This document shows, piece after piece, positions 51,745-61,993 of a stretch of 64,000 nt of DNA. The notes below the pieces were generated by a model that was not told the origin of the DNA, did no database searches, and saw only the letters and a list, made by a program, of their open reading frames with translations. Each line of letters starts with the position of its first letter. Position 1 is the stretch's first letter. The translations under genes were made by a program, and so were the position numbers. Source of the stretch: Anaerolineae bacterium (GTDB lineage Bacteria; Chloroflexota; Anaerolineae; Epilineales; JAHCIE01); NCBI GenBank assembly GCA_034431435.1, contig DAOUDG010000016.1, positions 70,574-134,573 of the forward strand, in the 5' to 3' direction.

Positions 51745-54700
51745 GTGTCGAAGGCGAACACGCATTACCCAAAGCCGCCGCACCGTGTCCGCGAGCTTAC
51801 GCCCAATACGCATACCGTTCAACGCTCGGCGTTGGCCGCCGCTCGCGGGCAGGATGACAGCGGCTCGACCAAAAACCTACGCCACTTCCGTGGGCCAACA
51901 CGCATCCTCTCGCGCTCGGGCGCCCCCGACCGGGGCAATGCCAGCGCCCTCAGCAACCTGCCCCCCCCGGCGATCCCTCTCATTGGCCGCGACCATGAAC
52001 TGGCCGAGCTGCGTGCGCTACTCACCGAGTCGGAGGCGCGTCTCGTTACTCTGACCGGCGCGGCCGGCTGCGGCAAGTCCCGCCTGGCCCTGGAAGTCGC
52101 CGCCTCGGTCATGTCAGCCTATCCTGATGGTGTCTGGTGGGTCGACCTGGCGCACACGCCTGACGCCGACGAGGTTGTGACCCGCATCCGCGCGACGCTT
52201 CAGATGGACGAGGACGCCGACGAGTCCCCCACCGCCGTGCTGTCGCACCTTGAATCGAAGCGCCTCCTGCTCCTTCTCGATGACTGTGAGCCGCTGACGC
52301 GCGCCACGGCGGATGTGATTCACCATATCCTGGCAGCGGCTCGCGCCGTCACCATCCTGGCCACCAGCCGCGAGCCGCTGCGCCTGCCCGACGAGCGAAC
52401 CTGGCACACCCAGGCGCTGGCCGTCCCGACGGCAGCCGAGATCACCACAGGCGTCGATGCCATGCCGCCGGACGACCAGGCCCGCTATGTTGAGAGTCTG
52501 GCCGAGTACGACGCTGTCCGCCTGTTCGTGGCGCGCGCCCAGGCGGCGCGGCCCGGCTTTGCGCTGACGCCCGCGACGGTCAGCCTGGTCGGCGACATCT
52601 GCCGGCAGTTGGAAGGCCGACCGCGCGCCATCCTATTGGCCGCCGAGCGTAGCCGCGTCCTGTCGGTCGTCCAGATTGCCTCGACCCTCGGCGATCTGAT
52701 TCGCCCGCCTCGTCCCCGCGCTCGCCAGGCCGCCAGTGCTGAACAGAGCCTGCGCGCCGGCCTGGAGTGGAGCCACGCCCGACTCAGCCCCCCCGACCAG
52801 CGCGTCTTCCGTAGCCTGGCGGTATTCGAGGGCAGCGCCTCACTGGAAGCCGTCGAGGCCGTCTGCGCGCCCGCTGAGCTATCGACCCTCGAAGTCCTCG
52901 ACAGCCTGGTGGAATTAGTCGATGCCTACTTGCTGCAGGTCGAGAGCCAGTTGGGCGCCGCGCGCTATCGGTTGCCCGTCCTCAGCCGCACCTACGCGGC
53001 CGAGAAGCTCACCGCCGCCGGCGAGGGCGACACGGTGCGCGCGGCCCACGCCGCCTTCTTCGCCTGCCTGGCCGAGGCTGCCCTGCCCCACCTGGACGGC
53101 CCACAGCAGATTCAATGGATGGCGCGGCTTGACCTGGACCGGGACAATCTGCACGCGGCCCTGGCCTGGTCGCTCGAAGTCGGGGATGCCCAGACGGCGC
53201 TGCGGCTGTCGGCCTCGCTGTGGCCCTATTGGCAGGCGCGGGGCGTCAGCGACGAAACACGCCAGTTCCTCGACGCTGCCCTGGCGCTGTCGGGCACGAA
53301 TGTGGCAGAGCTTCACATCCGCACGCTCGACGGCGCGGCGACCCTCGCCTACCTCCAGGGCGACGGCGAGCGCGCCGAAACCCTGCACACGCGCAGCCTG
53401 GCCCTCAAGCGCGAGAGCGGCGATGAGGCCCGGCAGACGCCTTCGCTGTGCGCCCTGGCCGCCCTCAGCATCGACCGGCGCGACTACGAGCGGGCAGAAA
53501 CGCTGTGTCAGGAGGCCCTTAGCCTGAGCCGGGAGCGCCGCGACCGCCGCGCCACGGCCTACGCCCTCCTCCATCTCGGTCGGCTGCGTCATGCCTGCTG
53601 CGACTACCGCGCGGCGACTGCCCTGTTCGACGAGGCCGTCGCAGCCTACCGGGTATTGGGCGACGCGCGGGGGCTGGCTCTGGCCTTGAGCGCGCACGCC
53701 GCCACGGCGAGCGTCCAGGGTCGCCGCGACGAAGCGCGGACGCTCGCTGACGAGGCGCTCGGCTTGCGGCGCGAGCTTCACGACGAGATGGGCATCGCCG
53801 CCTCCCTTGCCGATCTGGGCGCGCTGGCGCGAGACAGCGGCCACCTGGATCACGCCGCCGAGTTGCTGCACGATAGCCTGACGCGCTACCGCCACCTCCG
53901 CGCGCGAGGGGGCGTCGCCCGCGTGCTGGCCGACCTGGCGCTATTGGCTGTCTACCAGGACAACCCTGCCCACGCACGGATGACCTGCGCCGAGAGCCTG
54001 ACCCTCTACGAGGAACTGGGCGCCAGCGACGGCATCGCCACGGCGCTCAGCATCCAGGCGCTCGTCACGCTCCATGACGGCGATAGCCCGCGCGCTCTGG
54101 CCCTGGCCCACAGGGCGCTAGAGATGCGCCGCAGCCAGCGCGATCAGCACGGCATCGCCGAGTGCCTCGACATCGCGGCCGCCATTTACGCCACGACCGG
54201 CCCCCTGGAGCATGCGCCCCGGCTAGAGGGCATCGCCGCCGCCTTGCGCGAGACCATCGGCGCGCCCCGCCCACCGGCCTTCGACGCCGATCTGCGGTGT
54301 CGCCTGTCCCCGGCGGTTTGTGGCCTGGGCGCAGAGCCGTATGAGGCTCTCCGCCACCAGGCGCACAGCGCCCCCTTCGAGGAACTCGACCGGTTGGCGT
54401 GCACGGAGCCGGCGCTCGCGGTTCCCGACCAGCGCGCCACGCGGCCGTCACCTGTCGTGGCGGTGGCCGCGCCGCCAGCCGCCGACTCCGGCCCCGATCT
54501 GCGCGTGCTGGCCCTCGGCCAGAGCAAGGTCTATCGTGACGAGCGACTGCTGTCCACCGCCGACTGGACCTACGCCAAGCCGCGTGAGATGCTTTTCTTC
54601 CTGCTGTCGCACCCACCGCGCACCAAGGAGCAAATCGGCGTGATGCTGTGGCCGGACGCATCGCCCAATCAGCTCCGCGCCGCGCTGCACCCGGCCCTGT

Positions 54701-55257
54701 ATCATCTGCGGCGCACCCTGGGCGACCGCCGGCGCGTCGTGACCCGCCAGGACAGCTACTCGTTCAACCGCGATATCCCCTACTACTTCGATGTTGACGA
54801 GTTTGAGTCCCTCGTGACGCAAGCCCGCCGCTACGCCGAGAAAGCCCCCAACCAGGCAATTGCGGACCTCAAGGCGGCAGTGGCCCTGTATCAGGGTGAC
54901 TTCCTCGCCGACATGACGGTCACCAGTGAGTGGGCGCTCATCCGCCGCGAGGAACTGCGCCAGACCTTCCTGGAGGCCCTGCTCCTGCTCGGGCGATTGC
55001 TCCTCGAGGCGCAACGCTACACAGAAGCGGCGGATATCTATCGGCGCGCCATCGCCCAGGATAGCTACCTGGAGGTCGCTCATCGCGAGTTGATGCGCTG
55101 CTATCAGCTGCAAGGCGAGATCAGTCGCGCCCTCAAGCACTATCAGGGCCTTGTGGAGTACCTCCGCACGGAGATGGCATCGGTCCCCGCGCCCGAGACG
55201 ACGGCCCTTTTCCAGCGCCTGGCCGCCCAGGTTGCGTATACATCTAGCGGCAAATAG
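51745..55257 (+). CDS. Large (~1170-aa) signal-transduction regulator: N-terminal NB-ARC/AAA-type ATPase, central TPR array, C-terminal OmpR-type winged helix + BTAD (SARP domain order inverted)
   Basis: Walker A TGAAGCGKSRLALEV and hhhhD Walker B LLLLLDDCEPL. Many TPR-like repeats (residues 400-800). C-terminal LRVLALGQSKVYRDERLLS...YHLRRTLGD (wHTH) followed by a BTAD helical region. Start (GTG 51745) uncertain. Confidence 0.6.
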   Translation: MSKANTHYPKPPHRVRELTPNTHTVQRSALAAARGQDDSGSTKNLRHFRGPTRILSRSGAPDRGNASALSNLPPPAIPLIGRDHELAELRALLTESEARLVTLTGAAGCGKSRLALEVAASVMSAYPDGVWWVDLAHTPDADEVVTRIRATLQMDEDADESPTAVLSHLESKRLLLLLDDCEPLTRATADVIHHILAAARAVTILATSREPLRLPDERTWHTQALAVPTAAEITTGVDAMPPDDQARYVESLAEYDAVRLFVARAQAARPGFALTPATVSLVGDICRQLEGRPRAILLAAERSRVLSVVQIASTLGDLIRPPRPRARQAASAEQSLRAGLEWSHARLSPPDQRVFRSLAVFEGSASLEAVEAVCAPAELSTLEVLDSLVELVDAYLLQVESQLGAARYRLPVLSRTYAAEKLTAAGEGDTVRAAHAAFFACLAEAALPHLDGPQQIQWMARLDLDRDNLHAALAWSLEVGDAQTALRLSASLWPYWQARGVSDETRQFLDAALALSGTNVAELHIRTLDGAATLAYLQGDGERAETLHTRSLALKRESGDEARQTPSLCALAALSIDRRDYERAETLCQEALSLSRERRDRRATAYALLHLGRLRHACCDYRAATALFDEAVAAYRVLGDARGLALALSAHAATASVQGRRDEARTLADEALGLRRELHDEMGIAASLADLGALARDSGHLDHAAELLHDSLTRYRHLRARGGVARVLADLALLAVYQDNPAHARMTCAESLTLYEELGASDGIATALSIQALVTLHDGDSPRALALAHRALEMRRSQRDQHGIAECLDIAAAIYATTGPLEHAPRLEGIAAALRETIGAPRPPAFDADLRCRLSPAVCGLGAEPYEALRHQAHSAPFEELDRLACTEPALAVPDQRATRPSPVVAVAAPPAADSGPDLRVLALGQSKVYRDERLLSTADWTYAKPREMLFFLLSHPPRTKEQIGVMLWPDASPNQLRAALHPALYHLRRTLGDRRRVVTRQDSYSFNRDIPYYFDVDEFESLVTQARRYAEKAPNQAIADLKAAVALYQGDFLADMTVTSEWALIRREELRQTFLEALLLLGRLLLEAQRYTEAADIYRRAIAQDSYLEVAHRELMRCYQLQGEISRALKHYQGLVEYLRTEMASVPAPETTALFQRLAAQVAYTSSGK

Positions 55258-55273
55258 CCTGGTGGTCGTCCGA

Positions 55274-55384
55274 ATGCAGTATCAGTTACGCAACATGGCT
55301 GTGAAGGCCTACTTCACGACCAAAATTCAAGCAGTTCCACAAGCAGTTCCGCAAGCGGCAGGCATTACACTAAAAATTGAGTAG
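55274..55384 (+). CDS. Putative 36-aa small ORF (MQYQLRNMAVKAYFTTKIQAVPQAVPQAAGITLKIE)
   Basis: Sits in an AT-rich island 17 nt after the regulator stop. Contains a tandem CAAGCAGTTCC repeat, translated as AVPQAVPQ. Coding status unproven. Confidence 0.2.
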   Translation: MQYQLRNMAVKAYFTTKIQAVPQAVPQAAGITLKIE

Positions 55385-55968
55385 ACGGTTCTTGTGTCTA
55401 CCCAGAGGATGACCGCACCAGCGTTGGTGCATACGTTGGGCCAGGACTGCCGGCGGGGGGTCGGTGGTACGCCTGAGTATAGGTGGTCCTGTGGGACACA
55501 AGCCCTCGGTCAATGGCGACCGCGGTCTCCAAATTCGGGATAACGTCGGACTTCACGCACCTCACACTCCCGAGCCTATTCCCCCCTTACCGCTGGCTCC
55601 TGCCCATGTCGGCGTAACTGAGCCTCAGTCGCCTGGTCTTGACGGCACGTCTGGATCGATGCCGTGTTCCGTGTCCTCGTCGGAGCTATCCCGCGCGGGC
55701 AGGGACGCCGGCGTCACGTTGGTCGCTGTTCCCAGCGCCCACAACGAGCGTCGTGCGCTCGCCCATAGGTGGTACGCTCAGTGCGGCATAGTCATGCACG
55801 CATGGGCGGAGCCTACCCGTCGCCCGCGACACTCTGTATATCCTCGGCAGTTCCTGCCCCGTTCGGTCCCCAACCGGCACGGATGGGCGGAGCCTGCCCA
55901 ACGGCCCTAGTCGCCTCTCTCTCCGCCCTGGCCCACAGCATTCCGGTTCCCTTTCACGACTAGCGAGG

Positions 55969-56508
55969 ATGGAAGACCTTATGGCTATGCCTGCTTTCGC
56001 ACCCACCAACTCAGTTGACGTGCCTACCTGGTACGCACTTCACACCAAGCCCCACGCTGAGCAGCAGGTGACGACGGCGTTGCAGGCGCGCGGCTTCGAG
56101 GCCTATCTGCCCACGATTCCCGTCTGGCGCGCCCGGCGCCGCCGAACCGAGGCCGAGCCGTTCTTCGCCTGCTACAGCTTCGTGCGGGTCGCCCTCTCGA
56201 CCGTGGGCCTGTCGGCTATCACCTGGGTCCCCGGCCTCCGCGCAGTCGTCAGCAGCGAGGGTCACCCCATCCCCATCGCCCCGACTGTCATTGACACGAT
56301 CCAGCGCCACCTGGGCGACCTGCCGGTGACCGGGCCGCGCCGCCTGGAGCCTGGCGATCGCGTCGAGATTACCGCTGGCCCGCTGCAAGACCTGGAGGGC
56401 ATCTTCCAGGGCCACCTGTCGAGTGTCGAGCGCGCCCAGGTACTGGTCAACGTTTTGGGGCGAATGACCCGTGTCGAGATTCGGGAGAACTGGCTCAGGA
56501 GGATCTGA
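55969..56508 (+). CDS. Specialised NusG paralog (NGN + KOW; LoaP/UpxY/TaA-like processive antiterminator)
   Basis: NGN motif WYALHTKPHAEQQVTTALQARGFEAYLP, C-terminal KOW (GDRVEITAGPLQDLEGIF). Small (179 aa) and positioned as first gene of a glycan cluster, as for cluster-specific NusG paralogs. Confidence 0.7.
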   Translation: MEDLMAMPAFAPTNSVDVPTWYALHTKPHAEQQVTTALQARGFEAYLPTIPVWRARRRRTEAEPFFACYSFVRVALSTVGLSAITWVPGLRAVVSSEGHPIPIAPTVIDTIQRHLGDLPVTGPRRLEPGDRVEITAGPLQDLEGIFQGHLSSVERAQVLVNVLGRMTRVEIRENWLRRI

Positions 56509-56509
56509 G

Positions 56510-57583
56510 ATGCTCATCGCACGAGCGCCGGTCCGCATCAGCCTCGGCGGTGGCGGAACTGACCTGGCCGCCTACTATCGCCCCTACGGGGGTATGGTCA
56601 TCAGCGCGGCCATCGACAAGTACTTCTATACCTTCATCTCGCGCGGCGCGCAGGACGAGGGGGTGCAGGTCATCTCCTCCGACTATCGAACGTTCTACCG
56701 CCACGACCCGCGCCAGCCCTTCTTCTGGGACGGCAACCTGCAGCTGCCGCGCGCCATCCTGCACCACTTCGGCGTCGAGCGTGAGTACAACGTGTTCCTG
56801 GCGTCCGAAGTCCCGCCCGGCACCGGCCTCGGCTCGTCGGGCAGCGTGGCCGTCACCCTCGTGCGCGCCCTGAGTACCCTGGCCGACATCCCCATGTCGC
56901 GACAGGAAATTGCCGAGACCGCCGCGTACATCGAGGTCGAGAAGATGGGCATGCCGGTCGGTAAGCAAGATCAGTACATCGCCGCCTTCGGCGGCGTAAA
57001 GGTGATCACCTTTAGCGCCGACGGCGTCACCGTCGAGCCGTTGCGCCTCGATGACGCCACGCTGGGACGCCTGGAGAGCCGTCTCATCCTGTTCTTCACC
57101 GGCAGTAGCCGCGAGTCATCCAACATCCTGGAGCATCAGAAGCAGGCAAGCGAGAAGCGTGATCCCGTCGTCATCGACGCCTTGCACACGATCAAGGCGC
57201 TGGCCCACGACATGCGCAGCTTCCTGGAACTGGGCGACCTGGACGGTTTCGGCCAACTGCTGGACGAGTCGTGGCGCGAGAAGAAGAAACTCGCCCCGAA
57301 CGTCTCCTCGTCGGGCATCGACCGCTGGTATGCGCTGGCTCGTCAGCACGGCGCGATTGGCGGCAAGGTGACCGGCGCGGGCGGTGGCGGCTTCCTGATG
57401 CTCTACTGCCCCATCGATCGCCAGGCCGCCGTCACTCAAGCCCTCGAAGCCGATGGCCTCGTTCGCATGAACTTCCGCTTCGACTTCCAGGGCGCAACCG
57501 TCCTCCTAAACACCCTATCACGTACGAACGGAGTCCAGACGCAGCCCTCATGGGCGACGGCGCGTAGCGCCGCCCTCCGATAG
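56510..57583 (+). CDS. GHMP-family sugar kinase, D-glycero-D-manno-heptose 7-phosphate kinase (HddA)-like
   Basis: N-terminal APVRISLGGGGTDL, and GHMP ATP motif PPGTGLGSSGSVAV. ATG 56510 four nt after the NusG-paralog stop, with RBS AGGAGG. Confidence 0.7.
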   Translation: MLIARAPVRISLGGGGTDLAAYYRPYGGMVISAAIDKYFYTFISRGAQDEGVQVISSDYRTFYRHDPRQPFFWDGNLQLPRAILHHFGVEREYNVFLASEVPPGTGLGSSGSVAVTLVRALSTLADIPMSRQEIAETAAYIEVEKMGMPVGKQDQYIAAFGGVKVITFSADGVTVEPLRLDDATLGRLESRLILFFTGSSRESSNILEHQKQASEKRDPVVIDALHTIKALAHDMRSFLELGDLDGFGQLLDESWREKKKLAPNVSSSGIDRWYALARQHGAIGGKVTGAGGGGFLMLYCPIDRQAAVTQALEADGLVRMNFRFDFQGATVLLNTLSRTNGVQTQPSWATARSAALR

Positions 57584-57603
57584 TCCCCCCTAAGGAGGTG
57601 TTC

Positions 57604-58254
57604 GTGAGAGTCGTATTTCTCGATCGCGATGGCGTCATCAACGAGAACCGCCCCGATCACGTCAAGGCGTGGTCAGAGTTCCAGTTCCTGCCGGGTGCGC
57701 TCGACGCTCTGCGTCTCCTGCGCGAGGCGGGCTGGCGGGCCATCGTGGTCACTAACCAGGCCATCATTCACCGCAATGTCGTCCCGCGTGCCACCGTGGA
57801 TGACATCAACCAGCGTATGCGCGAGACCGTCGAGATTCACGGCGGCCGCATCGATGCCGTGATGTGCTGCCCCCACCGGCCTGAAGAGAACTGCGACTGC
57901 CGCAAGCCGCGCCCTGGCCTGCTCCAACAGGCCGCGACCCAATTCAACCTGCCGCTGGACCAGTGCTACATCATCGGCGACGCCTACAGCGACATTCAGG
58001 CCGGTCGCGCCGTCGGCTGCCGCACCATCATGGTGAAGACGGGTCGGGGCTTGCAGCAGATGATGACCGCGCCGCCCTTGTCCCTGCGGCCCCATCAAGT
58101 GGCGAGCGACCTCGCCGACGCCGCCACGTGGATGGTCCGCGCTGAGCGTCGTCGCCTGCTCTTGCGTGTCTCCGACTCGGGCCTGCCCATTGGTGTGCCT
58201 GCCATCACCCCGCCCACCCTCTTTCCGTGGTCAAGCAACTCCGCCTCTACATGA
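57604..58254 (+). CDS. HAD-superfamily D,D-heptose 1,7-bisphosphate phosphatase (GmhB)-like
   Basis: FLDRDGVIN motif I, VVTNQ motif II, and zinc-binding C...H...CDCRKP loop typical of GmhB/HisB-N. GTG 57604 with RBS AAGGAGG. Confidence 0.65.
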   Translation: MRVVFLDRDGVINENRPDHVKAWSEFQFLPGALDALRLLREAGWRAIVVTNQAIIHRNVVPRATVDDINQRMRETVEIHGGRIDAVMCCPHRPEENCDCRKPRPGLLQQAATQFNLPLDQCYIIGDAYSDIQAGRAVGCRTIMVKTGRGLQQMMTAPPLSLRPHQVASDLADAATWMVRAERRRLLLRVSDSGLPIGVPAITPPTLFPWSSNSAST

Positions 58255-58970
58255 TGCGGCAGGCGGCCAGCCTGCGCTACTATCTCATCGAACAGACGAT
58301 CATGACGCTCTTCGGGTGGATGCCGACCATCGTCGGCATCGGCCTGCGGAGCGTCGTGTATCGCCTGATTCTGCGCATGGACGGCACGGCCGCCATCGAG
58401 AACGGGGTGCGGCTGCGCTTCGCCAGCAACATCCGCCTGGGCCACGGCGCGTACCTTGACCACGGTGTCTACCTGCACGCCTGCCCCAACGGCATCAGCA
58501 TCGGCCCCAACAGCCTGGTGATGCATGGCTCCGTGCTGCACGTCTACAACTTCCGCCACATGCCCCATTCTGGCATCCACATTGGCCGCGATAGCTTGAT
58601 CGGCGAGTACAACGTGCTGCGCGGCCAGGGTGGCGTCACGATCGGCGATCGGGTCTATACCTCACCGCTCGTCCAGATGCTGGCGGTAAATCACCTCTTC
58701 GACGACCCCACGCGACCCTTCGTCAGTCAAGGCATCACGGCCCAGGGCATCGTGGTGGAGGATGACGTCTGGATTGGCGGCGGCGCCATCATCACCGACG
58801 GCGTGCGCATCGGCCGCGGCTCAGTGGTGGCGGCCGGCGCCGTCGTGACGAAGGATGTGCCGCCTCACACCGTCGTCGCCGGCGTTCCCGCCCGTATCGT
58901 TCGCCATATCGTCGCCAACGGCGCGCAGTCACGCGCCGAGACTGTGTATTACTCTCAGGGGGACGCATGA
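58251..58970 (+). CDS. Left-handed beta-helix (hexapeptide-repeat) acyl/acetyltransferase
   Basis: Repeated [LIV]G-x4 hexapeptides (IGDRVY..., [27 protein letters not shown]). ATG overlaps the stop of the upstream gene (ATGA). Confidence 0.65.
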   Translation: MMRQAASLRYYLIEQTIMTLFGWMPTIVGIGLRSVVYRLILRMDGTAAIENGVRLRFASNIRLGHGAYLDHGVYLHACPNGISIGPNSLVMHGSVLHVYNFRHMPHSGIHIGRDSLIGEYNVLRGQGGVTIGDRVYTSPLVQMLAVNHLFDDPTRPFVSQGITAQGIVVEDDVWIGGGAIITDGVRIGRGSVVAAGAVVTKDVPPHTVVAGVPARIVRHIVANGAQSRAETVYYSQGDA

Positions 58971-60241
58971 CTGTAGACGCCGCGCTTCGACCCATCGACT
59001 TCGCCCGGCCCGCCGTCGCCGCGCCGCTGCTACCGCCGGTCACGCTGTCGGTGGTGATCCCCGCGCTCAACGAGGAAGACGGCATCGCCGACATCGTCCA
59101 CCGCATCCAGGCCGTCGCGCCTGCCTTGCGCGAGGTGGGCGTCGAGCATCTCGAAGTTATCGTCGTGGACGACGGTTCCACCGACCGGACCGCTGAGATT
59201 GTGCAGAGTATACCCGGCGCGCGCCTGGTCCGCCATCCCGTCAATCGCGGCTATGGTGCGGCCATCAAGACCGGCTTCCTCGCCGCGCATGGCGAGTTGC
59301 TCGCCTTCACCGACGCCGACGGGACGTACCCACCCGAGCGTTTCCCCAGCCTGTGCCAGGCCGCGCTCGTCGATGGGGCGGACGTGGCCGTGGGGTCGCG
59401 CCGCTCTGGGGCCGAGAGTCACATGCCGATGGTGCGGCAGGTGGGCAACTTCATCTGGTCCAACCTGGTCAGCGTCATCGGCAACCAGCGCGTGGCGGAC
59501 CCCGCCAGTGGCATGCGCGTGGTGCGCCGCGACGCGCTGGCGCAGCTGTACCCGCTGCCCGATGGCCTCAACTTTACCCCGGTGATGAGTACGCGCTCGG
59601 TCCACGAGGGCCTCAAGGTGGTCGAGATTCCCATCGCCTACAGCGAGCGCGTCGGTCGCTCCAAGCTCAGCGTGGTCAGGGACGGGACGCGCTTCCTCAA
59701 GACCATTCTCTGGACCTCGCTGGAGTATAACCCAGCGCGCCTGCTGGGCATGGTGGGGCTGGCCTGCCTTGTCGTGGCCGCCATCCTGGCGGCCGGCCTT
59801 GTCGCGCTGCGCGCCCAGGGCGTCACGCAGCTTGGACCGTGGGGCGTGTTCTGCCTGTTCACGGCGATGGTGCTCAGCTTCGTCGGCGTGAGCACGTTCT
59901 CCCTCGGCGCGACCTTCAACTATCTCGTGTCGCTCTTCCGCAAGGAGCCGGTGCGGGTGGGCCTCTTTGGGCGACCCGTCTTCAAGACGCCGCTGGATCG
60001 CCACTTCTGGTGGATGGGGCTACTGGCGGGGGCGTTGGGCGCTGCCCTCGCCGTGGTGGCTCTGGTCCTGGGTCTCCAGGGCTGGGAGATTTCGCGCTCA
60101 TGGTTCTGGATGCTGACCAGCGCTTTCCTGGCGCTGATCGGTTTGCAACTGTTCATCTCGTGGATTCTGATGCGCGTGCTAGAGGCGCTGAGCGAGCGCG
60201 AGGTGCGTATCAGCCAGGAAATGGCCCGCGCCACGCCGTAG
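58967..60241 (+). CDS. GT2 polyprenyl-phosphate glycosyltransferase (DPM1/ArnC/GtrB-like) with C-terminal membrane helices
   Basis: [11 protein letters not shown]...[12 protein letters not shown] and DADG motifs. Four C-terminal TM segments. ATGA overlap with the previous gene. Confidence 0.75.
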   Translation: MTVDAALRPIDFARPAVAAPLLPPVTLSVVIPALNEEDGIADIVHRIQAVAPALREVGVEHLEVIVVDDGSTDRTAEIVQSIPGARLVRHPVNRGYGAAIKTGFLAAHGELLAFTDADGTYPPERFPSLCQAALVDGADVAVGSRRSGAESHMPMVRQVGNFIWSNLVSVIGNQRVADPASGMRVVRRDALAQLYPLPDGLNFTPVMSTRSVHEGLKVVEIPIAYSERVGRSKLSVVRDGTRFLKTILWTSLEYNPARLLGMVGLACLVVAAILAAGLVALRAQGVTQLGPWGVFCLFTAMVLSFVGVSTFSLGATFNYLVSLFRKEPVRVGLFGRPVFKTPLDRHFWWMGLLAGALGAALAVVALVLGLQGWEISRSWFWMLTSAFLALIGLQLFISWILMRVLEALSEREVRISQEMARATP

Positions 60242-60280
60242 ACATCGGTCAGCGTTGCGATAGACGATCGAGGAGGGGGC

Positions 60281-61957
60281 ATGGCAGTTACCCACAATGG
60301 CATCAAGCCCGAGGACATCAAGACTCGGGACGAGCTACGTCACAACCTGGGCACGCGCCCTGTCAAAGCGCCGCGTCCGCCCGACTTTCCCGACGCGGGC
60401 GCGGCGGTACGCGACCTGACCCACACGCGGCCCTCGACGGCCGTCGATGTGCTGCTGGTCAATCCCCCGTCCCCCGACGGCGGCATCTGGATTCGCACCC
60501 AGCACCGCGTCGGGCGACGCAGCCGCGAGGAGATGGTGTGGCCACAATGCTCCCTGGCGCAGCACGCCGCGATGCTGCACCCGGAGTACAGCATCGCCAT
60601 CGTCGACTGCATCGCCGAGCGCATGTCGTGGCAGGACTTCGAGACGCTGCTGCGCGAAAAGGCGCCCAAGTACTACTTCACCCAGGTCACCGCGCCCACC
60701 CTGACCAACGACATGTACGGGGTCATGCTCGCCAAGAGCCTGGGCGCGATCACGATGGCCTTTGGCACGCATGTCACCGCCATGCCCACCGAGACGATGC
60801 GCGACTTCCCGGCGCTGGACTTCGTGATTCGCGGCGAGCCGGAGCTGACCTTCCGCGAGCTAATCGACGTCCTCGAAGGCCGCGAGACCGACCGCGCCGA
60901 GTGGGTCCAGGCGATTCTGGAGAAGTCCGATCCGTGGTGGAAGCCCGTCGGCCATCATGGCCCGCAGAACGGAACCCCCATCGACCTGACGAACCTCAAG
61001 GGGCTGGTGTGGCGCAAGGATGGCGTCATCACCATGAACGCCACGCGCCCCTGGATCGCCAACCTGGACGATCTGCCCATTCCCCTCTACCACCTGCTGC
61101 CGCTGGACAAGTACCGTATGCCCTTGATGAAGGGGCCGTTCGTGTTCATGGTCACCAGCCGCGGCTGCACGGCCGGCTGCAAGTACTGCATCAAGCACGT
61201 CACCTACCAGTGGTCGGTGCGCCTGCACTCGCCAGAGCGCATCCTCCAGGAGATGTGGCTACTCCACGACCTGGGCATCCACAACATCCACATCTACGCC
61301 GACCTCTTCACCATCAACCGCGAGCAGGTGGTCCAGCTGTGTCAGCTGATCATCAAGGAGGGATTGAAGGTCAAGTGGACCTGCAATAGCCGCGTCGACT
61401 ACGTGGACGAAGAGATGCTCAAGCTCATGGGCCGTGCGGGCTGCTGGATGATCTCGTGGGGCATCGAAAGCGGTAACGAGGCCATCCTCAAGCGCGCCGC
61501 CAAGGGCGCCGATCCCAAGAAGGCGAAGCAGGCCCTGACCTGGGCGCGGCAGGCCGGCATCAAGAACTGGGGCTACTTCATCATCGGCCTGCCCGGCGAG
61601 ACGGTCGAGACCATCCGCCAGACCATCGACTTTTCCAAGTCGCTGCCGCTGGAACTGGCGCTGTTCCACATTGCCGCCCCCTACCCCGGCACGCCCTTCT
61701 TCTTCGAGGTGGTCGAGAATGGCTGGTTCAAGCCCGGCACCAAGTGGGAGGAAGTCGATATGGACAAGGGCACCGTCCTCCAATACGACAACCTCTCCGC
61801 CGAGGACCTGATGTACTGGCAGAAACAGGCTTTCAAGGAGTGGGCCTTGCGGCCCGGCCCGGCCAAGACCTACGCCAGGATGCTGGTAAGTGATAGCGCC
61901 ACCTTCAAGCGCGCCGTTCGTGTCGGGATGGAACATCTCCAGTGGGTGCTGCGGTAG
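60281..61957 (+). CDS. Cobalamin-binding radical SAM enzyme (class B rSAM)
   Basis: N-terminal B12-binding Rossmann-like domain (VLLVNPPSP...), and rSAM cluster motif CTAGCKYC (CxxxCxxC) within FMVTSRGCTAGCKYCIK. 558 aa. Confidence 0.75.
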   Translation: MAVTHNGIKPEDIKTRDELRHNLGTRPVKAPRPPDFPDAGAAVRDLTHTRPSTAVDVLLVNPPSPDGGIWIRTQHRVGRRSREEMVWPQCSLAQHAAMLHPEYSIAIVDCIAERMSWQDFETLLREKAPKYYFTQVTAPTLTNDMYGVMLAKSLGAITMAFGTHVTAMPTETMRDFPALDFVIRGEPELTFRELIDVLEGRETDRAEWVQAILEKSDPWWKPVGHHGPQNGTPIDLTNLKGLVWRKDGVITMNATRPWIANLDDLPIPLYHLLPLDKYRMPLMKGPFVFMVTSRGCTAGCKYCIKHVTYQWSVRLHSPERILQEMWLLHDLGIHNIHIYADLFTINREQVVQLCQLIIKEGLKVKWTCNSRVDYVDEEMLKLMGRAGCWMISWGIESGNEAILKRAAKGADPKKAKQALTWARQAGIKNWGYFIIGLPGETVETIRQTIDFSKSLPLELALFHIAAPYPGTPFFFEVVENGWFKPGTKWEEVDMDKGTVLQYDNLSAEDLMYWQKQAFKEWALRPGPAKTYARMLVSDSATFKRAVRVGMEHLQWVLR

Positions 61958-61993
61958 CGTTCGGATCGACTTGACTACGGGGGGGGTTCGTGG

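Noticed and set aside
52915-54661. Several long minus-strand ORFs (326 aa, 152 aa, 198 aa) inside the regulator gene
   Set aside because: All antisense to the ATPase-TPR-BTAD regulator. Arg/Pro/Gly-rich artefacts.
55464-55910. 148-aa ORF in the leader upstream of the NusG paralog
   Set aside because: Pro/Ser/Arg-rich, no start context. The region is better explained as a structured, repeat-bearing 5' leader. The direct repeats are reported separately.
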